A DNA stretch of 62,447 nucleotides, counting the filler, from Chrysochromulina tobinii (lineage: Eukaryota): assembly GCA_001275005.1 (NCBI GenBank). It is 7 parts of 7 records of this genome, joined end to end, with 100 filler letters (N's around TTAATTAATTAA, not from the genome) between each part and the next. Parts side by side here need not be neighbours in the genome. Positions count along the whole stretch, not along the records: positions 1 to 18,362 come from JWZX01001033.1; positions 18,463 to 30,680 come from JWZX01001035.1; 5 more parts are not named here. One strand, given 5' to 3'. Positions 11,913 to 22,274 of this stretch are shown one piece after another; positions within the stretch are counted from its first letter, which is position 1, and each line of letters begins with the position of its first letter. Position numbers and translations under genes: made by a program. Below the pieces are notes generated by a model. The model was not told the DNA's origin. It did no database searches and saw only the letters and a program-made list of their open reading frames with translations.

Positions 11913-14900
11913 TCAGTGCTTGACGCGACGGTTGCTTGCCGCAGTTCCTTGCAGCAGGCTCGGGCTTACGCGACTAGGGTATCTAGACGGCGGCAGGCGA
12001 CGGCTTGCAGGCGACGCGGCGTCGCGTGGCTGCGCGCTGGAGCTGCTCGCCACACTGGTCTTCGCGTCGTCGGTGGACGCTGTGGCCGAAGGCGCCGGCG
12101 CTCCAAACTGCCCACCGTGCATATTGAGCGACTCAATGAGCGCGCCAAGCCCCGTGCCGAGGGCCTGACCAACCTCCTCGAGCCCCTTGCCGCGCGTCCA
12201 TTCAAACTGAGCGTCAAGCTTCGCCTGCGCCACACGTTCCGCCTGGAGCGCCTCGGCCTCAGCTTCCCTTGCAGCCTTCTCTCGACCCTCCGGGCTGTTG
12301 GCGAGGCGCGCCGACGAGCGAGCGCGCGTGCGCCGGAGCCGGGCCTGCCTGGCCACACGCTCCTTCTCAGAAATCTGATGTGACGCATCCATTGAGCGCG
12401 CAACCCGCTGCCGCAGGAGGACCACCGTCTTGAGCACCTTGTTCTGCACCGCCTCGTCGCGTCGCGTGATGAGCCCGCGCCACGCGCCCTGGATTGCGAA
12501 CGCCGCCTCGTCCTCGAGCTTCCACAGCCGCATACGGTGCGCCTTCTCGTTCGCCTCGCGCTCGGCACGGCGCTCGCGCTGCGCTTGCGCCTCGCGCAAG
12601 GCCCCCACGAGCTCGCGCCGCAGCCCGTGCCCTCGCGCATACGCGGCGTGCTGCGCGCGCCAGCGGGCGAGTGAGGCGCGATCGAGCTTGGCGCGGGCAG
12701 CGCGCATTCCGCCGTCCATCCAGAGCGAGGCAAGCTTGCGCGTCGCTAGTACGACAGAGTCCGTGGGCACACCGTCGCTCGCCAACCCGCGTTGAAGCCG
12801 GAAGACTTCATGCCGCACGGTCGGCTGCCGCTTCTCCTCAAGCCTCGGCGGTGGCGCCGCCACCCGCCGTACTAGCGCCAGGGAGGCACCAGCCTCGGCG
12901 GTGGCCTCGGCGGCGGCCTCGGCAGCGGCCTCGGCAGCAGCAGCGGTGCCGGTGACGGTGCCGGTGGTGGCGCGGCAATCGCCCCTAGCGCTGCTCGTCA
13001 TCATCTGGCCGTTGCCTTGCTCCTCGAGCGTATGGCCAAGAGTGTACACGAGCTCCTGCGGCACGAACCCGTCCGAGGTACGCAGCTGCAACGTGATCTT
13101 GATCGGATCCGAAGCAGGCCGTGTTTGAAGCTCCTGCCCGTGTTTGAAGCTCCTCCCATCCACATGCGGAAGCTCTTCCTCCTGCCCGACGCCGCCAGTG
13201 GCTGTCGCGGCGGTGGCGGCAGCAGCATCGGCCTGCGCAGCCTTCGCCGCGACCTCGAGCTGATGCAGCACCTCGCGCAGCGTCTCGGCCAAAGTTGCGT
13301 CGCTCTCCGCACCGGTGGCATGGGCACCAGTGCCGGTGCCCATGGCACGCGAGCGAGCAGAGGAGGACAGTACCGTCGAGCCGCTGGAACTCTCCTCGAG
13401 AGTGTCCGCCGGCTGAGAAGGGTCGAGGTGGACGCCCAGCTTCGTGGCGAGCCGTAGCAGCTTCCGCGCCGTGCGCGACGGCTGCGGCCGCGGCGGCAAG
13501 GCGGATGGGTGAGGCACGTGTGGCTTTGGCGGTGGGAGCGGCGCGAGGCTGAGGGCGCGTGGCGACGACGGCAGGCTATGCGATCGAGTCGTCGTTGTCC
13601 GATCGCTTTGACGGCGGGGTGCAGCGGGATCGCGTGCGCTTTTGTCCGTCGGCGGGCGTGGCTCCCGGGCGGGCGTCGGCTCAGCCGATTTGGAAGGCTC
13701 CGTGACGTCACCATTCGTCCACTCTGGCACCATCACCTTCGGAGGATCGTCGGCGGTGCCCACAGCGCGGGGTGATTCCACAAAGCGGGGTGGTGATTCC
13801 GGCCTCGGCGCGAGCGGCGGCGGCAAGGACGGCAGCCGACGAGGCGAGGCCCGAGGCGAGGGCACGGGCGCTGGAGGTTGCCACGTGGCGAGGCGCTGCT
13901 GTGTCGCCCAGCTGGTGTACACGACGATCCGGCACCACTCGCATAGGGCTGCTGCTGCCGGCGCGCCGATCAGGGCCACCGCTTCGGGCGTGAAGTCTTC
14001 GGCTTCGACGTACGCCGTGCCGATGGCCAGCGCGCGCCGGTCGGGCGAGAACGAGGGTGCGGCGCCGTACGTGCGCAGTCGCATCAGAAAGGCGCCCGGG
14101 TCCGCGAGCTCGAGCTTGGCGAGCGTCCAGTCGGGCGCACCGCCTAGCAGTGCATTCGCGCACTCAAGCACGCGACGCACTGTCGGCGTCGGCTCAAGGT
14201 AGCTTCGCAACTCGAGCAGGTGCCTGCGGTGGAGGTGCGGCAAGAGAGGCGCGAGAGCCTCCGTCATTCTCCTCGAGGGCAGCCCAAACTCGCCTGGCAG
14301 GCGTAGGTGCTCGGGGAGTAGATTATCATCGGCCGTGGCCTTCTTCGGCCGAGCTGTCAGTCGAGGTGTAATCGTCATGGGCGGGAGCCGGGTGTTGTTC
14401 GGTGAGGCAGCAGGTGTGGAGAGCGTCTGGCGTGGATACCAACCAGGCGCCGCGCTCCTGCTGGTGCTACCCATACCCTCTGAGGCGCTCCCCCGACCAT
14501 CCTCCGTCTCTGAGGCGCTCCCCCGACCACCCTCCGTCTCTGAGGCGCTCCCCCGTCCATCCTCCGTCAATCCGACGCTCGCCAGGACGCGGGCGCGCTT
14601 GCGTTTCGCCTTGACCTCGCGCTGGTGGACCGCGAGCTCCGCCATGTAGGCCGCGTCGCGCGCCTCGAGGCGCTGCTGCTGCTGCCGTTTGCGCATGTGT
14701 GCGCGGTTGGAGCGGTACTGCCGCTGGATGCGCTGCGACATTTCGAGCTGCTTGGCCGCCTCGACCTCGATCTCCCGCATCTCCCATATGAATCTCATCT
14801 GTCGCTGGATCATGATCGCGCATGCGGACTTGGAGGTATCGATGATCTGCATCGTGGACACGCTCCGTTGAAAGCCCTTCCCGAGCCGCTGGCGCACCTG

Positions 14901-17095
14901 TGGAAAAGGGAGCAAGGCGCCGTGGTGAGCACTTGCATGCTCTCAGCATCCGTTGGAAGCCCTTCCCGAGCCGCTGGCGCACCTGTGGAAAAGGGAGCAA
15001 GGCGCCGTGGTGAGCACTTGCATGCTCTCAGCATCCGTTGGAAGCCCTTCCCGAGCCGCTGGCGCACCTGGCGCTGATGCTCGAGGCGCGCCTTGAGATC
15101 GCGATCCTGCTGCTGGAGCGCGGCGCATAAGTCTAGTAGCCGCCTCACGCGGTACGTGCGGTAGTACTTTTGGATGATCGTGGCGGCGCGAATGCACTCG
15201 GGTCTGGATAGATCCTCGCGGCGCCTCTCGACACACGCCCGGATAGCTCGACGGATGAGTGCGAAGCGCATCTTGCGCAGCTTGCCCGCGAGAAGATCCT
15301 TCATGTAGTCGAGCATGGCGGCGTAGTGCATGAGCGCCTCGAGCTTCTCAGCGTTGCTCGCCTGCTTCCGCCGGCTTCCCTGCTCTTTGCCCATGCGCAG
15401 CGAGTGAGCAACTGCCGAGGCCATTTTACGCTGAAGCATGACCTTGGCGAGCAGGTTCTTGGCGACGCGTACATCGGCGGCGCACACCTGGTACCACGGC
15501 AGCCGAATGTCGAGCAGCAGCGAGCGAGCGAGATGATGCTGCATCTGGCCGTGGTCCTCAGTGTTCATGACTGCGTGCACGTACGTCGCGCGCACCGCAT
15601 CCAGGCTCCGATTGGATGCGTCGGCGTCCAGACTGTCGTACACTTTGGCGATCCCCTGGTAGCGCTCCTCCTCGAGCAGCTCCTTCTCGAGCACGCGAAG
15701 CGCGCCACCTTCGACCTCGTCCAAAGTGTCTCCTCTCACGCGCGTCTTGCGCCTGCTGCCCGAGACGCCGTCTACCTGCTGCCGCCGCTTCGTCGCCCCA
15801 TCCTCGTACCGCTGCTTCACATCGACAACGAGCTCGTCCTCCAGCTCACGCTTCTGCTCCGCCAACAAGACCCCCCGCTCCTCCTCTAAATCCAGTACTG
15901 CTCGCCTCGCAAAGGCCGGTGCCCCCACTGGTGCCCCCACTGGTGCCTCCACTTGTGCCCCCTCTTCCGAGGCGTCGCCTCGGGCGTCGACCCCTCGTGC
16001 TGCCGGGATGGCCTGCGAGGTGCTGCCGGTCACGAGGGCGCCATGTTGGGAGCCTCGCGAGCCATCCCCGCGCTCACCATGGCGCAAGCCCTCCCCGCTC
16101 CTCGGCAAACCACTAGGGCTCCTCGGCGTCTGAAGGCGCGAGACCGTCTGAATAGCCGTCTGGAGGCGCGACGAGAGGCGTGATGAGGAGAGGCGTGATG
16201 CCATGGCATCACGCCTCTCGTCAACCGTCGAAGTGGCTGGCTGAACGGTGAGACTGGCCGTCACGCCAAGGGATCCCGCCGAAACTGCTGCGGGGGCCTG
16301 CGCGTTGCCGGTGGGCTCCGCCGCAGCTTGTGTGGCGCCCAAAGCTGCGACAGCCGGCGTGGCACCCCTCGCCGCTGAGCCAGGGCGGCTCAATGAGACC
16401 CGGAACGGCACCTCGTTGATCACGAAGCCCGTGGCGCCTGGCGCACCCAACTGGTGCCCCTGCACTCCCTGCACTCGCAGCCGCAACACTACCCGTGGCG
16501 GCGGCGGCGGCGGCACATTATCTGGATCCAGACGCCGATCTACCTCAGATGGTAGGAGATCGGTCCAAATGGATGAGATTGTGTTCCAAAACACCATCGC
16601 GTCGGCGCGGTCGACGAGCTTTCGCCTACTGGGCGGTGATCCAGATTGGTCGCCTGCGGGCCCCGCAGCAGCACGCTCCTTGTTCATAGCTTGCATCTGC
16701 CAGGCTTGTCGCTCAAGCCCGGGAAAATCCAAATCACCGCCGCCAGGTGCCTTCGGTTCTTTGAGCAACTTGATTTGCTCCTCAATCTCTCGCACCTTCT
16801 TTCGACCGAGCTTCGTCACGTTGCGGATCTCCTTCTGCCGGGTCGCCTTGGCATAGTACATGCTTTGCTCGAGGGTTTCGATCTTTTCTTCGAGCCGTCG
16901 CTTCTGCATCTGCAGGTCGTTCAACACGTGTCGGATGTCGTTACGTCCAATGAGATCGCCAAAGCCCTCAGTGACTACAATCGCAACCGTTGCTGCGGCC
17001 TCGCTCACAGTGCGACGCTGCATCGCGGCTCGGAAGATGGCTTGAATCTTCGTGGTGGCCGCCTGGCACATGTCGCTCGGCGGCAAGCCCATCAT
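11913..17095 (-). CDS. Large (~1,670 aa) IQ-motif coiled-coil protein with dynein microtubule-binding-domain-like segment; intron 14898-15067
   Basis: ORFs 14810-17095 and 11913-14915 join in frame (HQRQ|VRQRL) after removing a 170-nt GT..AG intron; IQAIFRA, IQKYYRT, IQGAWRG motifs. Confidence 0.75.
14898..15067 (-). repeat. Intron made of two identical 85-nt units (exon copy + acceptor cassette A)
   Basis: Unit GTGCGCCAGCGGCTCGGGAAGGGCTTCCAACGG...GCATGCAAGTGCTCACCACGGCGCC...TTCCACAG at 14983-15067 and 14898-14982. Confidence 0.9.
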
Positions 17096-17752
17096 CGCAG
17101 TGCTCCAGCGAACGCAGAGATCCGAACGTCGGCCATCTCACCCAGAAACAGGAAGAAACAGGCAGTTCACACACCGATTTAAGTTGCATTTGCATGCACA
17201 ACTTCCCGAACCTCGAAGCCGCAACCCACTCACCGACGGGAAGCATGTGGGGGGACTTCGTTGTTAAAAGAAGGGTGATTGCGACTCTCAATCTCTCATC
17301 TCGGCGATCTGCGCCTCTCCCCAGCACTGCTCCCCTGGGGGCGCCGCCCATGGGAGCGCCTCCCCTGGGGCGCCTCACCTGGGGCACCTCCGCTGCACTC
17401 GTCTCCCCTCGTCAACGCGCGCCGCCGAGCGCGCGCGCGCGCGGCGTTCCCACACGCCGGCAATCCCCACACGCCGGCTGCATCCCCCTCCCGCATCTCA
17501 CCCCATGCGGCTGCGCGCGCGTGCGGCCACACGCGCCGCTTTTGCGTGCGCTCGACCGCCGTTCCCACCCTCCTGTTCATGCTGAACTCATCTGCACTCA
17601 GCGCGGCGTATCTTCATTCAATTGGACGCCGTCGGCACTCAGCAGTAACTCAGCAGCCCTCGACAGCACACAGCAGCCCATCTTTGGGCCATCATTCACT
17701 TAGACGCCGGGGGGCCACAGCTTGGCTCTGCATCGCGGTCATCATGGTCGAA

Positions 17753-18362
17753 TCAGATTGCATCACACGTGTCAGCCGCCGCCTTGAGCTCGGCCATCTC
17801 CCTCTCGACTTGGAGCTGGACGGGTTTCCCGTCGATCTTGACCTCGAGGACCTTGGTCGAGGCTTGGGGGCTCGTCATGGACACACCTGCTGGGGTGGCT
17901 TTCGAGGCAGACACCGAGGGCGTCTTAGGGGTGCAGCGGGTACAGAAGCCGTTCTTGACTGCGAAGTAGATGAGGAGGCCAATCAAAGTGAGCATGGTGA
18001 TGGAGACCGCCGTTGCGGTGGCCGTTTGCTCCCACGTGAATTGATCCGGTCGTACCTGGGCAAGCGCAGCTTCTACGAAGAGGAGCCTAGACGGCGAGGG
18101 TGGCGGCGCCAACGGCGGCGGCGACGGCGGAGGGGGCGACGGCGGTGGCGGCGAAGGGGGAGGCGGCAAGGGCGGCGGTGGATAGGACGGCGGCGAGGGC
18201 GGCGGCGGCGGCGGTGGCGGTGGCGGTGGGGGCGGCAACGGCGGTGGGGGCGACGGCGGTGGGAGCGACCGCGGTGGGGGCGACCGCGGCGGCGAAGGGG
18301 GAGGCGGCGAGGTCGATGGCGGCGAGGGCGGCGGCGGTGAGGGCGAGGGCGGCGGGGGCGAG
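17753..18362 (-). CDS. C-terminal part of a proline-rich single-pass membrane protein (5' truncated)
   Basis: SPPP repeats followed by TM helix AVSITMLTLIGLLIYFAV. Confidence 0.65.
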
Positions 18363-18462
18363 NNNNNNNNNNNNNNNNNNNNNNNNNNNNNNNNNNNNNN
18401 NNNNNNTTAATTAATTAANNNNNNNNNNNNNNNNNNNNNNNNNNNNNNNNNNNNNNNNNNNN
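18363..18462. other. Artificial contig-joining spacer
   Basis: N44-TTAATTAATTAA-N44. Confidence 0.99.
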
Positions 18463-19395
18463 ACGGCGATGGCAACCTCGGTGCAGTCGGCGATTGCGAG
18501 CGCGACGAGCAGCCCAAGCAGCGCGACCGCCATGCTCGCAAGTGTCACCGACGTCTCGATCGCCGTGCTCGCGATCGTGACGCCACCCATCGTCACGAAC
18601 GTCGCACCGCCGCCGCCGCCGCCGCCTTCCTCGCCCTCGCCATCAGCCTTCCTCGCCCTCGCCCTCGCCAACAGCGCCGGTGGCGGCGCCATCAGCATCC
18701 TCGTCATCGCCGTGCTCGTTGCGATTATTGGGCTGCTGTGCTGCCTGACGATTGTCTGCTGGTGGATGAGGCGCAGAGGAGTCGAGCTGCGGCGCAAAGA
18801 CGTCAACAACTGGCTCAGCAACATGTCCGTGAGCACAGTCTCCGCAGACGATGACAGCGCTGGCATCGAGATGAGCGGTCGCTTCAACCATCATTCCTCC
18901 GAAACGGAAGGCTCTTCACGCGCAGACGGTGCCGGGGGCGGCGCACGACCGGCAAAGTCGGGCGTCATCGGTCCATTGGGCAGTGACCCGAACCGCACGC
19001 CGACAGTGACGGAGAGCTCGCGCACGCATCAGGACACAGTGCGCCAGCAAAAGGAGGAGGCGCAGCGTGAGGCAACGGTGATATGGGCGCGGGAGGGCGC
19101 GACGATCGTGCATCAGCCGCCATGGGGGGGCTCCTCTGCATGCTCTGCTCCCGACTTCTCCATCGGCACCGATTCTCATGACTACTACCTCGACAAAGGC
19201 GAGCACCAGCTGAGCGACCATGTGCGTCATAAAGAGGGGGGCGACGGTGGGGGCCACGGGCTGGGCGATGGCGGACGCCACGTTTCGTCGGCAGGTTGCC
19301 GCGCCTCCGGCGGCAGCAGCAGCATCGCGTCGCAGGCTCCCAACCGCAACGACCCCTTTCCGTGCTCGGCCGTGCCCGGCATGCTGCACATCTGA
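18463..19395 (+). CDS. C-terminal part of a proline-rich single-pass surface protein (5' truncated); paralogue of 48661-49551
   Basis: ATSVQSAIASATS...VSIAVLAIVTPP, poly-Pro, TM helix, WWMRRRGVELRRKDVNNWL shared with 48661-49551. Confidence 0.7.
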   Translation, partial: TAMATSVQSAIASATSSPSSATAMLASVTDVSIAVLAIVTPPIVTNVAPPPPPPPSSPSPSAFLALALANSAGGGAISILVIAVLVAIIGLLCCLTIVCWWMRRRGVELRRKDVNNWLSNMSVSTVSADDDSAGIEMSGRFNHHSSETEGSSRADGAGGGARPAKSGVIGPLGSDPNRTPTVTESSRTHQDTVRQQKEEAQREATVIWAREGATIVHQPPWGGSSACSAPDFSIGTDSHDYYLDKGEHQLSDHVRHKEGGDGGGHGLGDGGRHVSSAGCRASGGSSSIASQAPNRNDPFPCSAVPGMLHI

Positions 19396-19744
19396 GATTC
19401 GCATTATGGGGCCACTACAAAGATCTGCGAGCTTCCAACGTGGGGTTGACCGTAGAGGGTTGATCGGCTCTGCGCGCGCTCTGCCCCGCTCACTTTCAGG
19501 GCCGACAACAGCCGTTTTCATGCCTAGAATGATGCAGGCGTACTCTGAGGAAAGGGCAAGCCCTCAGACGTTCGGGGAGGACCAAGTGTACGGACGGGAC
19601 ATGCCGGGCCGAGGGGGTGGGAACTTGGCACTGCCTTTGGGACGTGGGGATTCGATCTCGTTGTCTCGTCCGCCCGCGCAGAGGATGAAACATGGCCGTG
19701 AGACAGAGAGCGGGCGGACGGACACGCAAATGATTGTATGAATA

Positions 19745-21120
19745 TGTGTCTCATCTTGTTAGTTCCGTATTCCTATTATAAAAGTTTTCGTTTGTCTCAC
19801 CGGACCGTACCTAACGAGGCGGGCGACCATCGGGCGGCTAGAACCCCCCCCTTGGCAGAGGGCGGTTCGTTTGCGACCCCCCTACCGAGCGGCCCCCACA
19901 AGTATATAACGGCCTATACGGCCCGGGGTTCATCAGACTGATGACATCCGGTGACACCTTACCCCCCCCTCCCGACACATCGAACCCCCCTTTTCCGTAG
20001 GGGAAGTTCGGGAGGTTGTGGAAAAACCATCCATCCCGGGGAGGATTTTCCGATGTGGTTCACGGCCCGCCCCCGGATGGGGGGGCGTCGCGCCGTAGGG
20101 CGACGGTGTCGTGGTGGTTCTCGTCGTGGCCGACCCCTTAAGGGGAGCCGGCCGCGCCCGCCCCCTGAGGGGGAGGGCGGTGATGAGATTGGGTTCCTGC
20201 GCGGATATCGGTTGCAGGGTGTCAGTTAATAAGTCAATGGAACATTCCGCGACAGCCGAAACGTGCATCCCGGGAGGTCACGATCGGCCGTGCAGAAGAT
20301 ACCCGGCGTCAGACGGTAAAGGTCAGCCAGCGGCGCCAGGCTGAAGAGACCTGGCTGGCCGCGCACCGGCGTAGCAAACGATCGGATGGTGGTGGAGCGG
20401 ATCCACAACGTGCCCGCGCCACCCATCGCGCCAGCCGGCACCTCTGTCGGGAACATGTCCGTTTAACATGTCCGCGGCAGTCACCAGGTAACCAGCAGCC
20501 AGTGTGGCATAGTCAAGGCCAGGCAGGATCGAGTCGCGCTCCAAGCGGAAACACTTGCTCATAAGAGAGACAGCAATCAGCATCGTCCATACCATCAGCA
20601 AGAAGCCGAAGCCAGGCCACCCGCATCTTCGCTGGGTCAATGACGGCGAGGATTGTGGCGGTGTCAAGCACGGCAGGGTCGCTCGTGAACAAGGCGCCCA
20701 CGAGTTCGCCGGCCACGTCAGAGTAAGCCGCCTCCTAGCCGCCTCCACTTGCCCAGCCGCCCCAGGAATCACACAAAGTGTGGCACCAATACCAAGCGTC
20801 GTGTTGAAAGAGTCAGCCGTCGCAAAGGACACCGACGGTAACCGACGGGTCCGCGCCGCGGAGAGCCAGCGCGGCCGCGGGCAGTGTGCCCGCAGGAACT
20901 GCGACGAAGTCCATAGGGTAGGACACAGCAACAACAACACGACAGAGCGCACGAGACGCGAGAGCGGATTCTCGAAGCTTTCTCGAAGCACTCAGTGCGG
21001 GACGCTCAGCGTTCATTACGACCCGATATGGTAATATGGGCGGTATATGCATGCATGCTCGGCCGGACCGAAAGGTCGGCTCGCCCGCGGGAGCCCTCAT
21101 TCACACCTAACTGAACACAA
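19745..21120 (-). mobile_element. Possible decayed transposable-element relic
   Basis: Protein-like fragments spread over shifting frames (about 20230-20915), followed by a hairpin-rich non-coding segment ending in an A/T-rich run. No catalytic motif seen. Confidence 0.3.
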
Positions 21121-21170
21121 TCACACCTGCGGTGAGCTTTAGGTTTTGGTGCGGATCCCGCGCGTTCTAC

Positions 21171-22124
21171 ATGGCGGGCATGACATGGGCGAAGGCAACG
21201 ATGAACTGGGACACGGTCAAGCCACCAACGCCTTCTGCTTTCCCTCGCGATGGCGCTGCGCTCGATCTGATGGACAAAGCTATCAGTGGTCCCATCTTTC
21301 GCCTGAAACTCGGCCTCGTCCTCGAGTGTGCACTCAGCGTGCCTGGGTGCTTCTTCGGCATGCCATCTACTATGTCAATCGGCCCGGGCCTGATAGCAGT
21401 CATGGTGGCGACAAAGGTTCGCACGCTGCCATTGTTGCTCCTCGGAGTCGCAGTCACTGCATTGGTTGCGCGCTGGGCGTATTGCCTCCGGTCCGCCAAT
21501 GGGGCGACTGCATGGATTTTCTACGCACCCAAGGTATTTCTGGTGGCGCCGTTGATAGGCACGGTGCTGGCATATAGCATCACAGACGACCCACGAGCAC
21601 TGCACGCAGGAAGTTTCTATCTGCTGTCGTGGTTTGTGTCCGTCTTGCCCATCCTGACGCTCAAAAGCCTTGCCCATCGCCGCCGTCCGATCGCGAGCGA
21701 GAGCGCGCACCTCGGCGAGGCGACGGCCGCAGCAGGCCGGTCAAAGGCGCTTGGGTTGATCTGCTTCATGCTCCGCACGGGCGATGCGAATGCCTCGTTT
21801 CCATCGGGCGACGTGGCCGGCTCGGTCAGCTTTGCCTACCCGCTCTGGCGCTGCCAGGGCGCGGGCGCTGGTGCCGCTGTGCTTATTGTGCTCTCCTCCG
21901 CCTTTGGGCGCATGTATTGGCACGCACATCACGCAATGGACGTTTCTGCCGCAGCGCTCATAGCCTTCCTCTGCTGCACCGCGCTCGATGTCTCACTCTC
22001 GGACGCCGCCGGGAAAGGCGGCTGCCCAGCAGTGGCCTGGTACCACCCGTTCGTCGCGCTGCTCGCAATTGCCGTACAGCAGTTCTTCATGCCTCAGAAG
22101 ATAGCCGGATTGAAGGGCAAGTAG
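21171..22124 (+). CDS. PAP2/lipid phosphate phosphatase family membrane protein
   Basis: C1 KSLAHRRRP, C2 SFPSGD, C3 SAFGRMYWHAHHAMDV. Confidence 0.85.
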   Translation: MAGMTWAKATMNWDTVKPPTPSAFPRDGAALDLMDKAISGPIFRLKLGLVLECALSVPGCFFGMPSTMSIGPGLIAVMVATKVRTLPLLLLGVAVTALVARWAYCLRSANGATAWIFYAPKVFLVAPLIGTVLAYSITDDPRALHAGSFYLLSWFVSVLPILTLKSLAHRRRPIASESAHLGEATAAAGRSKALGLICFMLRTGDANASFPSGDVAGSVSFAYPLWRCQGAGAGAAVLIVLSSAFGRMYWHAHHAMDVSAAALIAFLCCTALDVSLSDAAGKGGCPAVAWYHPFVALLAIAVQQFFMPQKIAGLKGK

Positions 22125-22274
22125 GGGGGTCCGTTGTCCGGACAAAAACACTAACCGTTCACACCTTGAAGCGTGAATTTTCTTGACTTGTCTTCCAGTT
22201 TTCCGAAGAAGCAAGCGCGACGAGCGGCGTGGCGCGCGCGGCGGTCCCCAACCGAGCCTCAACGCCAAACTGCC

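Noticed and set aside
18363..18462. TTAATTAATTAA palindrome in N runs (six occurrences)
   Set aside because: Artificial all-frame-stop linker between contigs. ORFs running into it are truncated, and no synteny can be inferred across it.
19925..19990. Hammerhead ribozyme (CTGATGA on both strands; also CTGAGGA at ~19544)
   Set aside because: No correctly placed stem II-GAAA...UH core could be found by eye.
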